From Octopus vulgaris (taxonomy: Eukaryota): a stretch of 64,000 bases of DNA. The position numbers and the translations under genes were made by a program. The number at the start of each line of letters is the position of its first letter. The stretch's first letter is position 1. Shown here piece by piece: positions 29,109-42,682 of this stretch. Below the pieces are notes generated by a model. That model saw only the letters and a program-made list of their open reading frames with translations. It searched no databases and was not told the origin of the DNA. Where the stretch lies: the NCBI GenBank assembly GCA_951406725.2, contig OX597826.1, positions 62,000,001 through 62,064,000 of the forward strand. Reading direction: 5' to 3'.

Positions 29109-29740
29109 ACATAAACCAATCAAGATACAGTATTTTAAAACTGAAAGATGTATATGATGAAAATTTATCACATTGTTGTGGTGAATAAAAAGGAAAGAAC
29201 ATGATTAGTAAACAAGTGTCACCTGGCTGAGGACAGCTGACACTTTCCACGATACTCATCAAAATAAGCAGTGAGTTTTCGAATAATAATAATATTAACA
29301 ATAATAGCAATATCAATTGAAGGTATGAACCCAAAATAAGTGAAATACCTCTGAATAAATCATGTACTCCACACAATAAAATATAAACAAAACTGCTACG
29401 ATAAATTATAACATAAATAGATATTTTAAAACCACGATTCAACAGTAATTCTAGTAGCGGTGATTATAAGACCAGAATTCAATTCGATTTAAAAAGTAGC
29501 GCTATCACTCTCAACTGAATACGAATGCAGGGAGCTTGTTAGAATTAGTTCACTTTGTAAACGTCGCAAGTGATGGACCCTTGATGAATTTCTAGTGGCA
29601 AGGATGCATAATTGCATACAGAGCATTTTGCAGTTACTGCAGTAGAAACATATGTAGATCATTGTTATATATGCCTGTATAAAAGTTAATAATAAAAAGT
29701 TTTGGATGTGAATAAATCTCCACTCCTCTCTTAGTTTTCA

Positions 29741-30331
29741 ATTATATATATATATAATTATTTTAATGGACAACAATCAAAACAAGACATATTTCCTCCA
29801 TATTGAATTAATGTCCAAGAATTAAGAAGCCGGCGAAACAAATCCATTAATACATGCGATTGAAATCAGGCTGGTGAGAGGATATCTTAAAAGACTCCAC
29901 ATCAATTGCGAATTAGCTAATTTGAAGATTAAAATCTTAAATAGATTTTTTTCTATCTTCAACATAATACATGTGGGCGAGCGTGTTAGGATTTTAAGAT
30001 GGCTTTTTTTAAAACTATTCTTGCAAGTGTTTGTGTATAGACGTGCAAACTCGTTTTGTTATGGGTATGCGTAAACACTCGTTCGTACATATTGTTACAT
30101 ATATTGCACTGAAGATAGAAGAAAAATCTATTTAAAATTTTAATCTCGAAATTAGCTAATTCGCAATTGATGCGGTCTTTTTAAATATTCATTCAGTAGC
30201 CTGCTTTCAATCTCATGTATTTATGGAGTTTTTTCAGTAGCTTTATAATGCTTGGACATTAATTCAGTATGGAGTAGATAAGCCTTGTTTTGACTTTCTC
30301 CCTTCAAATAATTATATATATATATATAATT
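29741..30331. repeat. Diverged foldback element: ~220-bp inverted arms, ~150-bp spacer, (TA)n at both ends
   Basis: 29741-29961 versus 30111-30331 (e.g. catcaattgcgaattagctaattt / aaattagctaattcgcaattgatg). Confidence 0.85.
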
Positions 30332-30721
30332 ATTAATTTAATATATAAACTTCTATAGTTTATATATTAAATTATATATAGTTCATATATAACTGCTGAC
30401 TACCTGATAATTATTATTAACGTGATTTTTATCCTTATGTTATATATATATATATATATGAATAGCCGAAATTGCAAAGATAATCTGGAACTCGACGGAG
30501 GAAAGAAAACTTCGAATGACATGACCTTAGTTTCTTTGTATCGTCTATCTGGATATTTTGCGTTCTTGTCCCATTTTGCATTTATATAAATTTGTATATA
30601 TATATATAAATCTATAAATCTATATATATATATATATATAAAAAAGTTGAGTTGTGGGGTATCGCACGAGTGGGATTATATATGAAAAAAGGTTTGAAAA
30701 TGCAATTTAAACGATGTTTAT

Positions 30722-30766
30722 TTACTTAACCGGTTTCACTCTTTGGTAAAAGATTGTCAAAAGTAA
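30722..30766 (-). ncRNA. Minimal type I hammerhead ribozyme, U3-A8 variant (left arm)
   Basis: Exact reverse complement of 33285-33329. Confidence 0.7.
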
Positions 30767-31530
30767 CATTGAATATTATGGGTTCAAAAAAAGTTTTTTA
30801 CATAATTGTCACATTGAATATTATGAATTCAAAAATGTTTTTTTATACATAATTGTCACATTACATGTATAAATATAGTATAAAAAAGTTCAATAGTGTG
30901 ATGAGAATATTTGGAAAAATTGGCAGAAAAGAATAAAACAAATATATTATTGGAAATTTGGTTGCGTTAATTATTGGTTGTCGCAAATTGTCACATTACA
31001 TGTATATATATACAGTCTTTGGTAGAAATGACATGTTAAAGACATAAGGAAGTGTAATAGTTTGGTGAGAAAGCTTGTAATATTGACAGAGAAAATTAAA
31101 ATGGATATTTTAGACATCTCAGAATATTTTGAATCGAAGGCGAGAATTTGTTTTTTACTGACCTGTTTGTTTTAGCAGAAAAGTTGAATTGAGAGAAAAA
31201 AAGATATGTACCCAATTTGGTTTATACTTCCCCTTCAAGCATCAGTGATTTTGGGGTTATTGGGAGGTGAGTATGCGGGTGTGAATAGATGTGTCCGTGT
31301 GCCTGCTGGTCAGACAGCGTCTGTTTGTCACACACATATATACACACACACACACAACAACAATACACACACACACATAGTATACACACACACACCACAT
31401 ACACACAACACACACACACACAGAACACACACACACACAACGCACCCACATATATAATATATACACACAGCACACAAATATAACATGTATTTATATATAA
31501 TATACACACATATATAACACATACACACAC

Positions 31531-31578
<48 letters not shown>

Positions 31579-32361
31579 TATATACATAATATAAATATCA
31601 CACAAATACACCTAGCATATATATACACATACAATACACATACACAGCATGTATATAATACACATACACAATATATGCATGCAATATACATACGCAATAC
31701 ATACATATAATATATATATATATAGACAATGCATATACATATATACATATATACATATAAATAGTGTTTACATACACATACATAGATATACCACATATAC
31801 ACACAATATACATACATACAATGCATACACATACACGTACGCATACATATAAAATATATAGACACACACACACATAACATACATACACAATGCATACATA
31901 TATATACACGCAACGTATATACATGTATTCATGTATATATAGCACACTTACAATATACATATATACAATGCACACATACACACATATATACACTTAATTG
32001 TACACATACATATACAATACACATACATACAATATACATATACACAATGCGCATGCAAATAATGCACATGTTTATACACCCATATACATGAAAATATATA
32101 TACACACACACACATACACACACACATATATATATATACACATATATATATATATATACACATATACATACATACATACATGCACATACATATATTTTTT
32201 CACACACATACACACACATATATATATAAAATTCACACACACACCCACACACACAAAATACAAACCTATAGTGTACACACTCAAATATATCTCTACATAC
32301 CGCACACACACACAAACAATGTACTCACATATACACACATACCATGCATATACACACACAG

Positions 32362-32393
<32 letters not shown>

Positions 32394-33284
32394 AACAAAT
32401 ACACATGTAAATACATACACTCGTACACAATGCTCACACACACACACATACACACACACACGCACACAGTGCACACACACACACATATATACACACGTGC
32501 ACACACACACACACAACGCGCGCACACACACACATACACACACGCACACAGTGCACACACACACACACATATAAACACACGCGCACACACACACACACAA
32601 CGTGCACACTCACACACACACACACAACACTCACACACATACATAACCTACATATATATAATGCATGCGTGTGCGTGCCACGTATGTGTGCGGTCAATGC
32701 CCGCTAGTGTGTCCTATGCGTGCCGATGCGCGCATGTGCCCACCCGCACGATATGCTGTGAGTCTATTCACACCCGCATACTCACCTCCCAATAACCCCA
32801 AAATCACTGATGCTTGAAGGGGAAGTATAAACCAAATTGGGTACATATCTTTTTTTCTCTCAATTCAACTTTTCTGCTAAAACAAACAGGTCAGTAAAAA
32901 ACAAATTCTCGCCTTCGATTCAAAATATTCTGAGATGTCTAAAATATCCATTTTAATTTTCTCTGTCAATATTACAAGCTTTCTCACCAAACTATTACAC
33001 TTCCTTATGTCTTTAACATGTCATTTCTACCAAAGACTGTATATATATACATGTAATGTGACAATTTGCGACAACCAATAATTAACGCAACCAAATTTCC
33101 AATAATATATTTGTTTTATTCTTTTCTGCCAATTTTTCCAAATATTCTCATCACACTATTGAACTTTTTTATACTATATGTATACATGTAATGTGACAAT
33201 TATGTATAAAAAAACATTTTTGAATTCATAATATTCAATGTGACAATTATGTAAAAAACTTTTTTGAACCCATAATATTCAATG

Positions 33285-33329
33285 TTACTTTTGACAATCT
33301 TTTACCAAAGAGTGAAACCGGTTAAGTAA
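33285..33329 (+). ncRNA. Minimal type I hammerhead ribozyme, U3-A8 variant (right arm)
   Basis: TTACTT-TTGACAA-T CTTTT ACCA AAGAG T-GAAA-CCGG-TT-AAGTAA: 6-bp stem I, 5-bp stem II, palindromic stem III (ACCGGT) and a GUU cleavage triplet. Confidence 0.7.
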
Positions 33330-33370
33330 ATAAACATCGTTTAAATTGCATTTTCAAACCTTTTTTCATA

Positions 33371-33503
<133 letters not shown>

Positions 33504-34104
33504 GACGGAGCCTCCACGGAGTTGCTGTCTACCAAATTCCCTTACAAAGCATCGGGCGTACGGGGTTATAGTAGAATATATTTGCCCAAATTAGAGGGAC
33601 TTGAACTCAAAACCACGTTGTTGGAATGCGAGTTTCTTAACCACACACTGGTGCCTGGCCGTCTCATTATTTCAGCAATTCGCCATGTTCAACCAAGTTA
33701 TCTAGTGTGTCATTCTATTTTTAAAGATAGTTGGGTTAATTCAAGGGAAAATTGGCTGCTCTGTCTAACACGTTCTGCAGTCACTGAGCTCTCTTTGCAT
33801 CGTACATTAGTCTACGATGGTTGATCAACGAGCATACATATACAGTAATTGGTTCTCTCTTTTTCTTTCCCTCTGTCCCCCTCACTCTCTCTTTATCTAT
33901 CTATTTATCTACCTATCTGTCCTTCTCTTTCTCTCTCGCACGCACACACCACTACACAAAGAGCAAAAATAGCACTTAAACAAGGAAGCTCTCATTCGAT
34001 GCTAAACCTAGTAAAAATATCAGACAAATCTCCCTCGATCCTTACATTAGATAATTTTGTTGACAAAAAGAAAAGTCAAAAAAGGAAAAGTTGTGATGCA
34101 GTAA

Positions 34105-34285
34105 AAGCGAGCTATCGAGGTTATGCGCGGCGTTTCCTCCGAAAAGCTCAGTCTAGGCTCGGGGTTACTGGCACATCAAAGAGAAGGGCTGTACATTCCA
34201 TTACGGAAGCAGCAGAGAAGGCCACTAGATGGCTTTGGATAAAGAAGGCAGGCCAGGAATTTGCTGGTATTTCGGTGCACTTTAG
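34105..34285 (+). mobile_element. HERO-like (R2 superfamily) retrotransposon C-terminal fragment
   Basis: YRGYARRFLRKAQSRLG...ITEAAEKATRWLWIKK. Homologous to 34915-35075. Confidence 0.75.
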
Positions 34286-34739
34286 TTGCTTTATTTTTCT
34301 GAATTCAAATCCCGCAGGGCCGACATTAGCTTTTGATTTCTGAATCTCGCTAAAATTTTCAAGTCTTCAAAGAGTGATGTAATGTAATCAAGCAAACCTT
34401 TTTCCACAAATATATAGCTCTATGCTCGCATTGGACGCAGTATAACAGAAGATAACAATATTCAATGGATATGGGTTACTTGTTTAATTAGAAATAGTAG
34501 CCACTGGCTGACCTAATCGTCGTGAATGGTACTGGTAGACGGAAATTAATAAAAGAGTTGTTACTCTTTTATTCAGTCCAGTAAATCTCATCCCAAGAAA
34601 AAATTCATCACTTTTCTCAGAAATGGAAATAAGTCCAATTCAATGAATCTTCAACTACAGTCATGTCTACTTTACACAGCCCTAGACAAGCAGCTGATAA
34701 TGAATTTCTTAGAACGGTTAAACGTTCCAGCTCACGTTG

Positions 34740-35201
34740 TACCATCAGCTCTCCACCAAGACAGGGATCTTGTTAAATTGTACCAACAGGTGAGCATATG
34801 GAAATTGATCGTGTCTTGGGAGCAACACATGGCGGAAACTCATGTTGCCAAATACCTGGAGCTGGTAGGGCAGGCAGAAATCGGGGCTGACATGCAAGTT
34901 GTGAGGCAGTAGAAGTGGGCTATCGAGGTTATGCGCGGCGTTCACTTTGAAAAGCTCAGACTGGCTTTGGAGTTACTGGCACAGCAAAGAGAAGAGTTGC
35001 ACATTCCATCACCGAAGCTGCAGTGAAGGCCACTAAATGGTAAAGCTAGGGATTTGCTGCTACTTCGGTGCACTTTGGGGCTTCAGGAAACCCGACCTGG
35101 TCAACTAGGCGAGGTGGGTAGCTGATGCTGAAGGACCCAAAACCTCTCGGAACGCTAGAAATATCATTGACGACATATCCCAGAGCAGCTGCGAGATGCA
35201 A

Positions 35202-35204
<3 letters not shown>
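34740..35204 (+). mobile_element. HERO-like retrotransposon 3' end (RLE remnant plus 3' UTR)
   Basis: Remnants DLV, LIVSWEQ..AE.H..KY.EL, VEVGYRGY and ITEAAVKATKW, followed by a 3' UTR ending at (TA)n. Confidence 0.7.
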
Positions 35205-35253
<49 letters not shown>

Positions 35254-35610
35254 TTACATCTCGCAGCTGCTCTGGGATATGTCGTCAATGATATTTCTAG
35301 CGTTCCGAGAGGTTTTGGGTCCTTCAGCATCAGCTACCCACCTCGCCTAGTTGACCAGGTTGGGTTTCCTCAAGCCCCAAAGTGCACCGAAGTAGCAGCA
35401 AATCCCTAGCTTTACCATTTAGTGGCCTTCACTGCAGCTTCGGTGATGGAATGTGCAACTCTTCTCTTTGCTGTGCCAGTAACTCCAAAGCCAGTCTGAG
35501 CTTTTCAAAGTGAACGCCGCGCATAACCTCGATAGCCCACTTCTACTGCCTCACAACTTGCATGTCAGCCCCGATTTCTGCCTGCCCTACCAGCTCCAGG
35601 TATTTGGCAA
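34845..35610. repeat. Near-perfect 766-bp palindrome centred on (AT)n at 35205-35250
   Basis: The 360-bp arms are reverse complements, with 3 mismatches seen. Confidence 0.95.
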
Positions 35611-35733
35611 TATGAAAATAGAATATTTGAAAACAAATCAGTTTGAAGGTCTTCGATGAAACGCGTTTGTCAGCGCGAACTTGAGGGTAAGCAAAATACT
35701 AAAACCAGAATTAGTAGGGGAAGTCGTGGCTTA

Positions 35734-35764
<31 letters not shown>

Positions 35765-36291
35765 CAGTAGTGCACATAGTTTTCGATAATCTTTGCACTT
35801 GAGGAAACCTGTGACAATGCTCCCCATTGGAGAACATTACAATGACCGCCATATTTTTTATCTATGAATACTATTATTTAAATGTTCTTTCTTATGGAGG
35901 GATGTAAGCTGTTGTGAAAGATATATTACCCTGCAATATCTAGCAGAACAAGCGTACGAGCATTCCTGAAATAAATATATACTTTTTACGTTTTATTTAT
36001 TTTAATAAAACATCAAAACTAAAGGCTAATAGAATATAGTTAATCTTAACAAACATTAACTATTTTTGACACAAGTATAAGTGAGTTTCTCAGGATCAAC
36101 CTAAAAAACGATTAAATATATCGAAACATTTCAGAATTTTATCCCAAATTATCAAGAGTCCCTCATGGAAGAAAAAAAATTCGGAGAATGGGTTGGGAAA
36201 TTGGGAAATGAAGAATAAAAATAGAACGCGAAATGAAGATATAGGAATTTACAGTGAAAATTATGTGTATGTATATGTGGATATACATACA

Positions 36292-36353
<62 letters not shown>

Positions 36354-36899
36354 TGTATCTATGTGTGTGTGGGTGCGTGTGTGTGTACAGGATTGTTTCT
36401 AATTATTTCTTTTTATTTTACAAACTCATACTCACGCATGCACGCACGCACATACATACACACATAAACACACACAAACGCACACAAGTACAGATACGTA
36501 TATATATATGCATATTATAACTGTAAATATGTTCTTAGAAAATACCTTTTTTTTGCAATGTGAACACATAAATGTTGAAAAAACCATGGAAATATATTCC
36601 AGAAAACGAGTGATTGAAAATGGAACAACTTAGCATCTTGTGTTCGATGATATACATGCGTGACAGCACGTCATTTGGAAATAATGAAATATTAATGAAA
36701 ATTATACCAAAATATCATAAATATCGTGTATATAGATATATATGTATGCATGTGTGTTATTGCATGCGGTTGAGGTAGCCTTAACCTTGTATTGATATAT
36801 ATCTATATCTATATATATATATATATATACATATATATATAAGTATAAGCACATATACATGTGTATATCTATCTAAATATATATATATATATATTATAT

Positions 36900-36939
<40 letters not shown>

Positions 36940-36968
36940 ATGTATATATATGTATACGGATATCTATC

Positions 36969-37076
<108 letters not shown>

Positions 37077-37651
37077 GGTAGTATCAATTATGGAAGTATT
37101 CCAAAGAGATCCAATGTATGGGGAAATATATTCTAGGAAAATTCTGTATGGTAACCGCGTTTTAAATATAATGACTGTTTTAAATTTAATCCCCAAAAAA
37201 TAGATATTTTTTAGGAAGAGATGTACAGAAAATAATATTTACAGCTTATCATGAAACAGAGTATACTTAGTGCTACCGAATATTTAAAGAGTATCTCATC
37301 GAGTTTGCAACAATGGAAAGGAAAAATATAGATGTTAATAATGCCTTCAAATAACCAGCATGTAATCTAGTTTCTCTAAGATTCGTCTCGTCATATACAA
37401 GTGATCTCTTATATACCCCCCCAAAAATTTATGATGAAAATTTCTCACCTGGAACAACATATTTTTGCAAACCAATTAATTAGCGTTGTCTTTACAATTA
37501 GTGGTGTAAACGATAAAACTAATCATAATTTTGCATTGCAGTTAACTGAGAAGAAATATACAATGGACGCTCTAAAAAGGAGTAATCGTTGATTTGTATC
37601 TTATTCACAAGCAATGAGTATACTCAGTATAGAGCGGGATTGCATCATATA

Positions 37652-37703
<52 letters not shown>

Positions 37704-37704
37704 T

Positions 37705-38235
37705 TAAAGGGTTAATTGCAACAAGTTGCTCAAAACCACATACCGAAAATATTAGAAATAGCAGCCAAATAGGTCACTATTTCTACTACTAGTAAAAAAG
37801 TCTCCGCAAACAAACAGAATTTGTAACCCGTATATTGTAAAGAGAAAGAAGACAACGAAATCCCAGCCTATTGGATTAATTATAGACGAAATCGTTTCTG
37901 GATTAGAACCTAAAATTCATTTCCTTGTCAATATATTTCCTATAAATCTAGAAATGCTAGGAAAAAATCTCACCCATTACACCAACTCGATCAGGCGACA
38001 TGGAACGATATAACGGTCCGCTAGCATTTCTACATTTATATAGACAGGCGAATTCGACTATAATTAATCCAATAGGCTGGGATTTCGTTGTCTTCTTTCT
38101 CTACCATATACGGGTTACAACTTCTGTTTGTTTGTGAAGACTTTTTTACTAGTAGTAGAAATAGTGACCTATTTGTCTGCTATTTCTAATATTTCGGTAT
38201 GTGGTTTTGAGCAACTTGTTGCAATTAACCCTTTA
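37705..38235. repeat. Foldback element with ~190-bp outer inverted arms plus an inner ~20-bp IR
   Basis: taaagggttaattgcaacaagttgctcaaaacc... versus ...ggttttgagcaacttgttgcaattaacccttta. Starts at a (TA)n tract. Confidence 0.9.
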
Positions 38236-38350
38236 TTATAATTAAAATAATTCTTACCAAATATGGTCATTTCCATACCGAAAAGTCCTACTAGGTGAAA
38301 TTCATTAAATTAATTATATTTCACCCTTTATGTATATATATATATATATA

Positions 38351-38411
<61 letters not shown>

Positions 38412-38647
38412 ATATATATATATATATATATATATTGGTAAAAACGGTAAGATAACAAAAGAAAGAGACCTCAATATTATGTAAATAGTGGATTTCCACT
38501 TCGGCATCTGAAACTCAGAGTTTTATCATGACTATTGAGTAATTCTAACATATTATTTTATATATATATAACGCTTGTGTTTGTGCGTCTGTATATAGCC
38601 CTAATTATATATATATATATAATATGTGACAATTATTCGGTAGCCAT

Positions 38648-38707
38648 GATAAAACTCGAGTTTCGGATGCCGCGGCGAATACCCACGCCGGCATCTCTTC
38701 AGTTATC
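38648..38707 (-). ncRNA. Minimal type I hammerhead ribozyme with canonical core
   Basis: GATAA-CTGAAGA-GATGCCGGCG TGGGTATT CGCCGCGGCATC C-GAAA-CTCGAG-TT-TTATC: intact stems I and II and palindromic stem III (ACTCGAGT). Confidence 0.85.
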
Positions 38708-39070
38708 AGGCCATCAAAATATGCTTTGAAAATGACCGTTAAACAAAGGGAAATTACTGTGTGATTGACCGTTATTACGACAGAAGAGCTATTAGAATGA
38801 CCGCTAAGTAACGGGAAGGAGTAAGGGTAAAGGAGTAAAACTGTTCATAGCAATCGCGTATACATCTAACCACGTGCTTTCAAATACCAAAACTTTCACC
38901 CTATATATATATTAATAGTAATGGTATGACAACGAAGAATGAATGAGACATCGATATTATGTAAACAGAGGAATTTATCTGTAATATAATATGCGACAAT
39001 TATTCGGTTGCCTTAATAAGACTCCGTTATCTCGTCAGTTATCAAAAATACAGCCGCCAAGGATTGCCTT

Positions 39071-39131
39071 GATAACTGACGAGATGCCGGAGCAGATTTC
39101 CGCTCCGACATCCGAAACTCGGAGTCCTAAA
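39071..39131 (+). ncRNA. Hammerhead motif with intact core but disrupted stem I
   Basis: gataa-CTGACGA-gatgccggagc agatttcc gctccgacatc c-GAAA-ctcggag-TC-ctaaa. Confidence 0.65.
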
Positions 39132-39305
39132 GTTTGAACGACGAGAATAAGTGACCAACACCGCATTGCTGGATAAAATTTTTGTACTTGTGTATTAAAG
39201 CTACTATTGGTTTCATGTTAAGAAAATTATTTTCATATCTTAACAACATTTCAAGCAAATCACATGGAGAACTGGTATTCTCCATTTTGGATGAAGAGAG
39301 AGAGA

Positions 39306-39342
<37 letters not shown>

Positions 39343-39504
39343 GGGAGTGTATGTGTGTGCATGTGTGTATGTGAGTGCGTATGTACGTGTGTCAGGTCGG
39401 TCATGAGCCTCAGAACTCATCAGGCGAATGGCTTCCCTGTTGGCCAATTGAAACAGACAACAATCCTGAGTGCGGTACCCTAACTATTAGGGCAAGTTCC
39501 ACTG

Positions 39505-39589
<85 letters not shown>

Positions 39590-40458
39590 CTGTATTTAGC
39601 ACTTACGTCTAGCAATGTAGGTTTTTCTAACACACAGTCACAGTTAGTGACGATTATAGTTTTCCATTCTGGTGAAACATTGCGAACTATTGTCTACATT
39701 AATTTTCTATACATTCATGTATGTGTGCGCGCATGTGTGTGTGTGTGTACCTTTGCGTATATGTTTAAATGTAGATATACACAATATGTTTGTATTAGCG
39801 AATTTGAAACCTACTGTTGTGTACACTGATATACGAGGTATTTAATACTTTATCAAACAAAGAAATTAGATGAATGAACCCTATATCTTTCATTAGAATA
39901 GATCACTCAATAGGGAAGTATAAAGTATAAGAATATATACGTATTATGGACACAGCACTTTATCATAAATTCACATGACCAGTAGTAACAACAAAATAGT
40001 TATACAAGCAAAAGCAAACAAATTCTAGTAGCTTTATTAATAATATCGCAGCGGTTACTACTCTAGCTCTACTAACTAATAGGTCGCTTAGCTACGGGAA
40101 GATATATAGATTTCGGCAAAGGTGAACTGCTTGCTTAATGACGATGTTGCCAACATGTCTTGTTGGTGAAGTGATTTTTTGTATGGATTAATACTTATTC
40201 TTTGTCTCTGTATCAATGCAGCTATTTGTGCGCACTGGTATGTATGCGCGTATGTAAATATGTATATACGCGTGTGAGTATATGTGCGCGTGTATATGTG
40301 TGTATAAATGCGCGCACACACACACACACATGTATATAAATATAGACTTCGATATTACGAGGATATATTGTCGACAACTGATGATGGATTGAGCTTGTTT
40401 GTGTTCATTGTATGTACTACCATTTGTGCTTGACTTTGACGTCGCTCAGTTAATCATG

Positions 40459-40520
40459 GAAGCCACGGGCGCGAGCCCGGGTGAAGCCGACCACGGGTGC
40501 AGATCTCGGTGGTAGTAGCA
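40459..40520 (+). pseudogene. Dispersed 28S (LSU) rRNA fragment
   Basis: gaagccacgggcgcgagcccgggtgaagccgaccacgGGTGCAGATCTcGGTGGTAGTAGCA matches the conserved LSU segment GGTGCAGATCTTGGTGGTAGTAGCA and its upstream helix. Followed by (TA)n. Confidence 0.85.
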
Positions 40521-40646
40521 TATATATATATATATATATATTACAAACTAAGGAAAGGAATTCCTTCAGCAGAGGTCTGTGAAACATCCAATTCACTGGT
40601 ACGTCTATTAAATTGTCAATTGAATCCCTCTGTTTAATTTATTGTT

Positions 40647-40682
<36 letters not shown>

Positions 40683-40750
40683 TACACACATACATACATA
40701 CATACATACATACATACATACATACATACATACATACACACATACATACA

Positions 40751-40833
<83 letters not shown>

Positions 40834-40836
<3 letters not shown>

Positions 40837-41232
40837 GCAGGAGTGGCTGTGTGGTAAGTAGCTTGCTAACCAACCACATGGTTCCGGGTTCAGTCCCACT
40901 GCGTGGCATCTTGGGCAAGTGTCTTCTGCTATAGCCCCGGGCCGACCAATGCCTTGTGAGTGGATTTGGTAGACGGAAACTGAAAGAAGCCTGTCGTATA
41001 TATGTATATATATATGTATGTGTGTATGTTTGTGTGTCTGTGTTTGTCCCCCTAGCATTGTTTGACAACCGATGCTGATGTGTTTACGTCCCCGTCACTT
41101 AGCGGTTCGGCAAAAGAGAACGATAGAATAAGTACTGGGCTTACAAAGAATAAGTACCGGGGTCGATTTGCTCGACTAAAGGCGGTGCTCCAGCATGGCC
41201 GCAGTCAAATGACTGAAACAAGTAAACAAAAA
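40834..41232 (+). mobile_element. Full-length tRNA-derived CORE-type SINE
   Basis: Same family as 28101-28498. Confidence 0.92.
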
Positions 41233-41329
41233 AATAATATATATATATAAACTTTGATATTTTGATAGGTTTCGGGTTTCGGGTTTCGGCTAGTATTGAC
41301 CCAGGCCACGTGTAGCTTAATAACAACAC

Positions 41330-41960
41330 CCAGCGAAGTCATTCAAATCATGAATCACACAACATGGTCCACTCGAGGAGAGAGTTATTGCTTCCGTGGA
41401 CATATCCGGGTGTGTAGGAGGTTTATCCGGGACTTTTCAAGGAATTTGTCCATGGACCTCCTGAACTTTATGGGGTCTGTTTCTGCGTTAATGTGTTTTC
41501 GTGTAATGTTAAAGATAGCGAGACCTATTGAGATGAAATATTTGTGCCGTATTATTGTTATGTGATGCGAGTATGAATTATGTTGTTGGCGGATAGCAAA
41601 GTGTCCAAGTCTTAGATATATCTTAAAGGCAATACCAACTTCATTTTGGGAAATGCTGATGGAATATTTTCCACATCATGCAGATGATGTAGCGCTCATG
41701 GCGGCGTTGGAGAGAATAAAGATTGAGCTTTTTTAATTGGAAAATGGCAGTTCCACTCATCGTTCTGTCGACTTGATCCGCGCAGATGATTGTGTAATTT
41801 TCACTTTCACTTCGGCTTCCAAGTGGGAGTTGTCAAGGCGGGTCTCGGTAAGAATCAAGAAAGAGATGTAATATGGATGGTTACCAACCCAATTGGATCT
41901 TCTATTTTTGTGCATTGATGGACGGACTAATACCTTGTACATTGAGCAAAAATATGGAGG
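41330..41960 (-). mobile_element. Decayed LINE apurinic-endonuclease (APE) domain fragment
   Basis: ISFLILTETRLDNSHLEAEV resembles the APE motif I.LTETWL....D.EI. Confidence 0.5.
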
Positions 41961-42457
41961 CTAGCCTAGTGGCAGGTTTTAACTGTTGCAGAAGCGTTTT
42001 TTCTGATTGTGTGTTAGTCGAATTTTATTTAGTGGTTCATAGTTCATAGTCTTATAAGATTATCATCAACTAATATTAGTAGTAAAGATAATTTTAAAGG
42101 ATAATATGTACCACTTAACAGTGGGAAATCTGCTAAATATTACAGATAAGGATAAATGAAAGAATCTGTCGGTGGTCTGGCTGTAGGTTTGCAGGAAATA
42201 AGGGGTATTCTCATGTCAGAGACGAACTAAATTAAATGAAAAAGGTAGCTAGCTTAGTGACACTCCATCGGCGCCCATTTGATTGAACGAATGTACTGGC
42301 AGCGCTTGGGAGAAATGAGCTTTAAGTTGTGTTTACGACGGATGTATGTACGTATGTATGTATATATGTATGTGTATGTATATGTGTGTGCGTGTATATA
42401 TATACACACACACACACACTTGTAGGGTAGAGGATATTTTACAGAGTCATTCTTGTG

Positions 42458-42682
42458 CCGCCTATCTAGCAGAATCGTTAGCACGCCGGGCGAAATGCGT
42501 ATCCGTATTTCGTCTGCCGTTACGTTCTGAGTTCAAATTCCACCGGGTCAACTTTGCCTTTCATCCTTTCGGGGTCGATTAAATAAGTACCAGTTACGCA
42601 CTGGGGTCGATGTAATCGATTTAATCCCTGTGTCTCTCCTTGTTTGTCTCCTCTGTGTTTGGCTCCTTGTGGGTAGTAAAAA
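42458..42682 (+). mobile_element. Deu/Nin-like SINE (long-tail subfamily)
   Basis: gcagaatcgttagcacgccgggcgaaatg...gcctttcatcctttcggggtcg...ccttgtgggtagtaaa. Confidence 0.88.

Larger units (their letters stand above)
38435..39131. mobile_element. Cluster of HHR-bearing Penelope-like termini in both orientations
   Basis: The terminus aaacggtaagataacaaaagaaagagacctcaatattat at ~38441 also occurs at ~57974, and in diverged form at ~38920. HHR whole or partial copies lie at 38488-38528(+), 38648-38707(-), 39015-39042(-) and 39071-39131(+). Confidence 0.75.

Noticed and set aside
31998-32795. Long ORFs (265 aa here, 267 aa at 60533, and many Y/I/H/T/C/V-rich ORFs)
   Set aside because: Translations of stop-free dinucleotide and trinucleotide repeats with no protein-like composition.
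35635-35672. HHR-like remnant ...ggtcttcgat-GAAA-cgcg-TT next to the palindrome arm
   Set aside because: The CUGANGA box is unrecognisable; too decayed to call.
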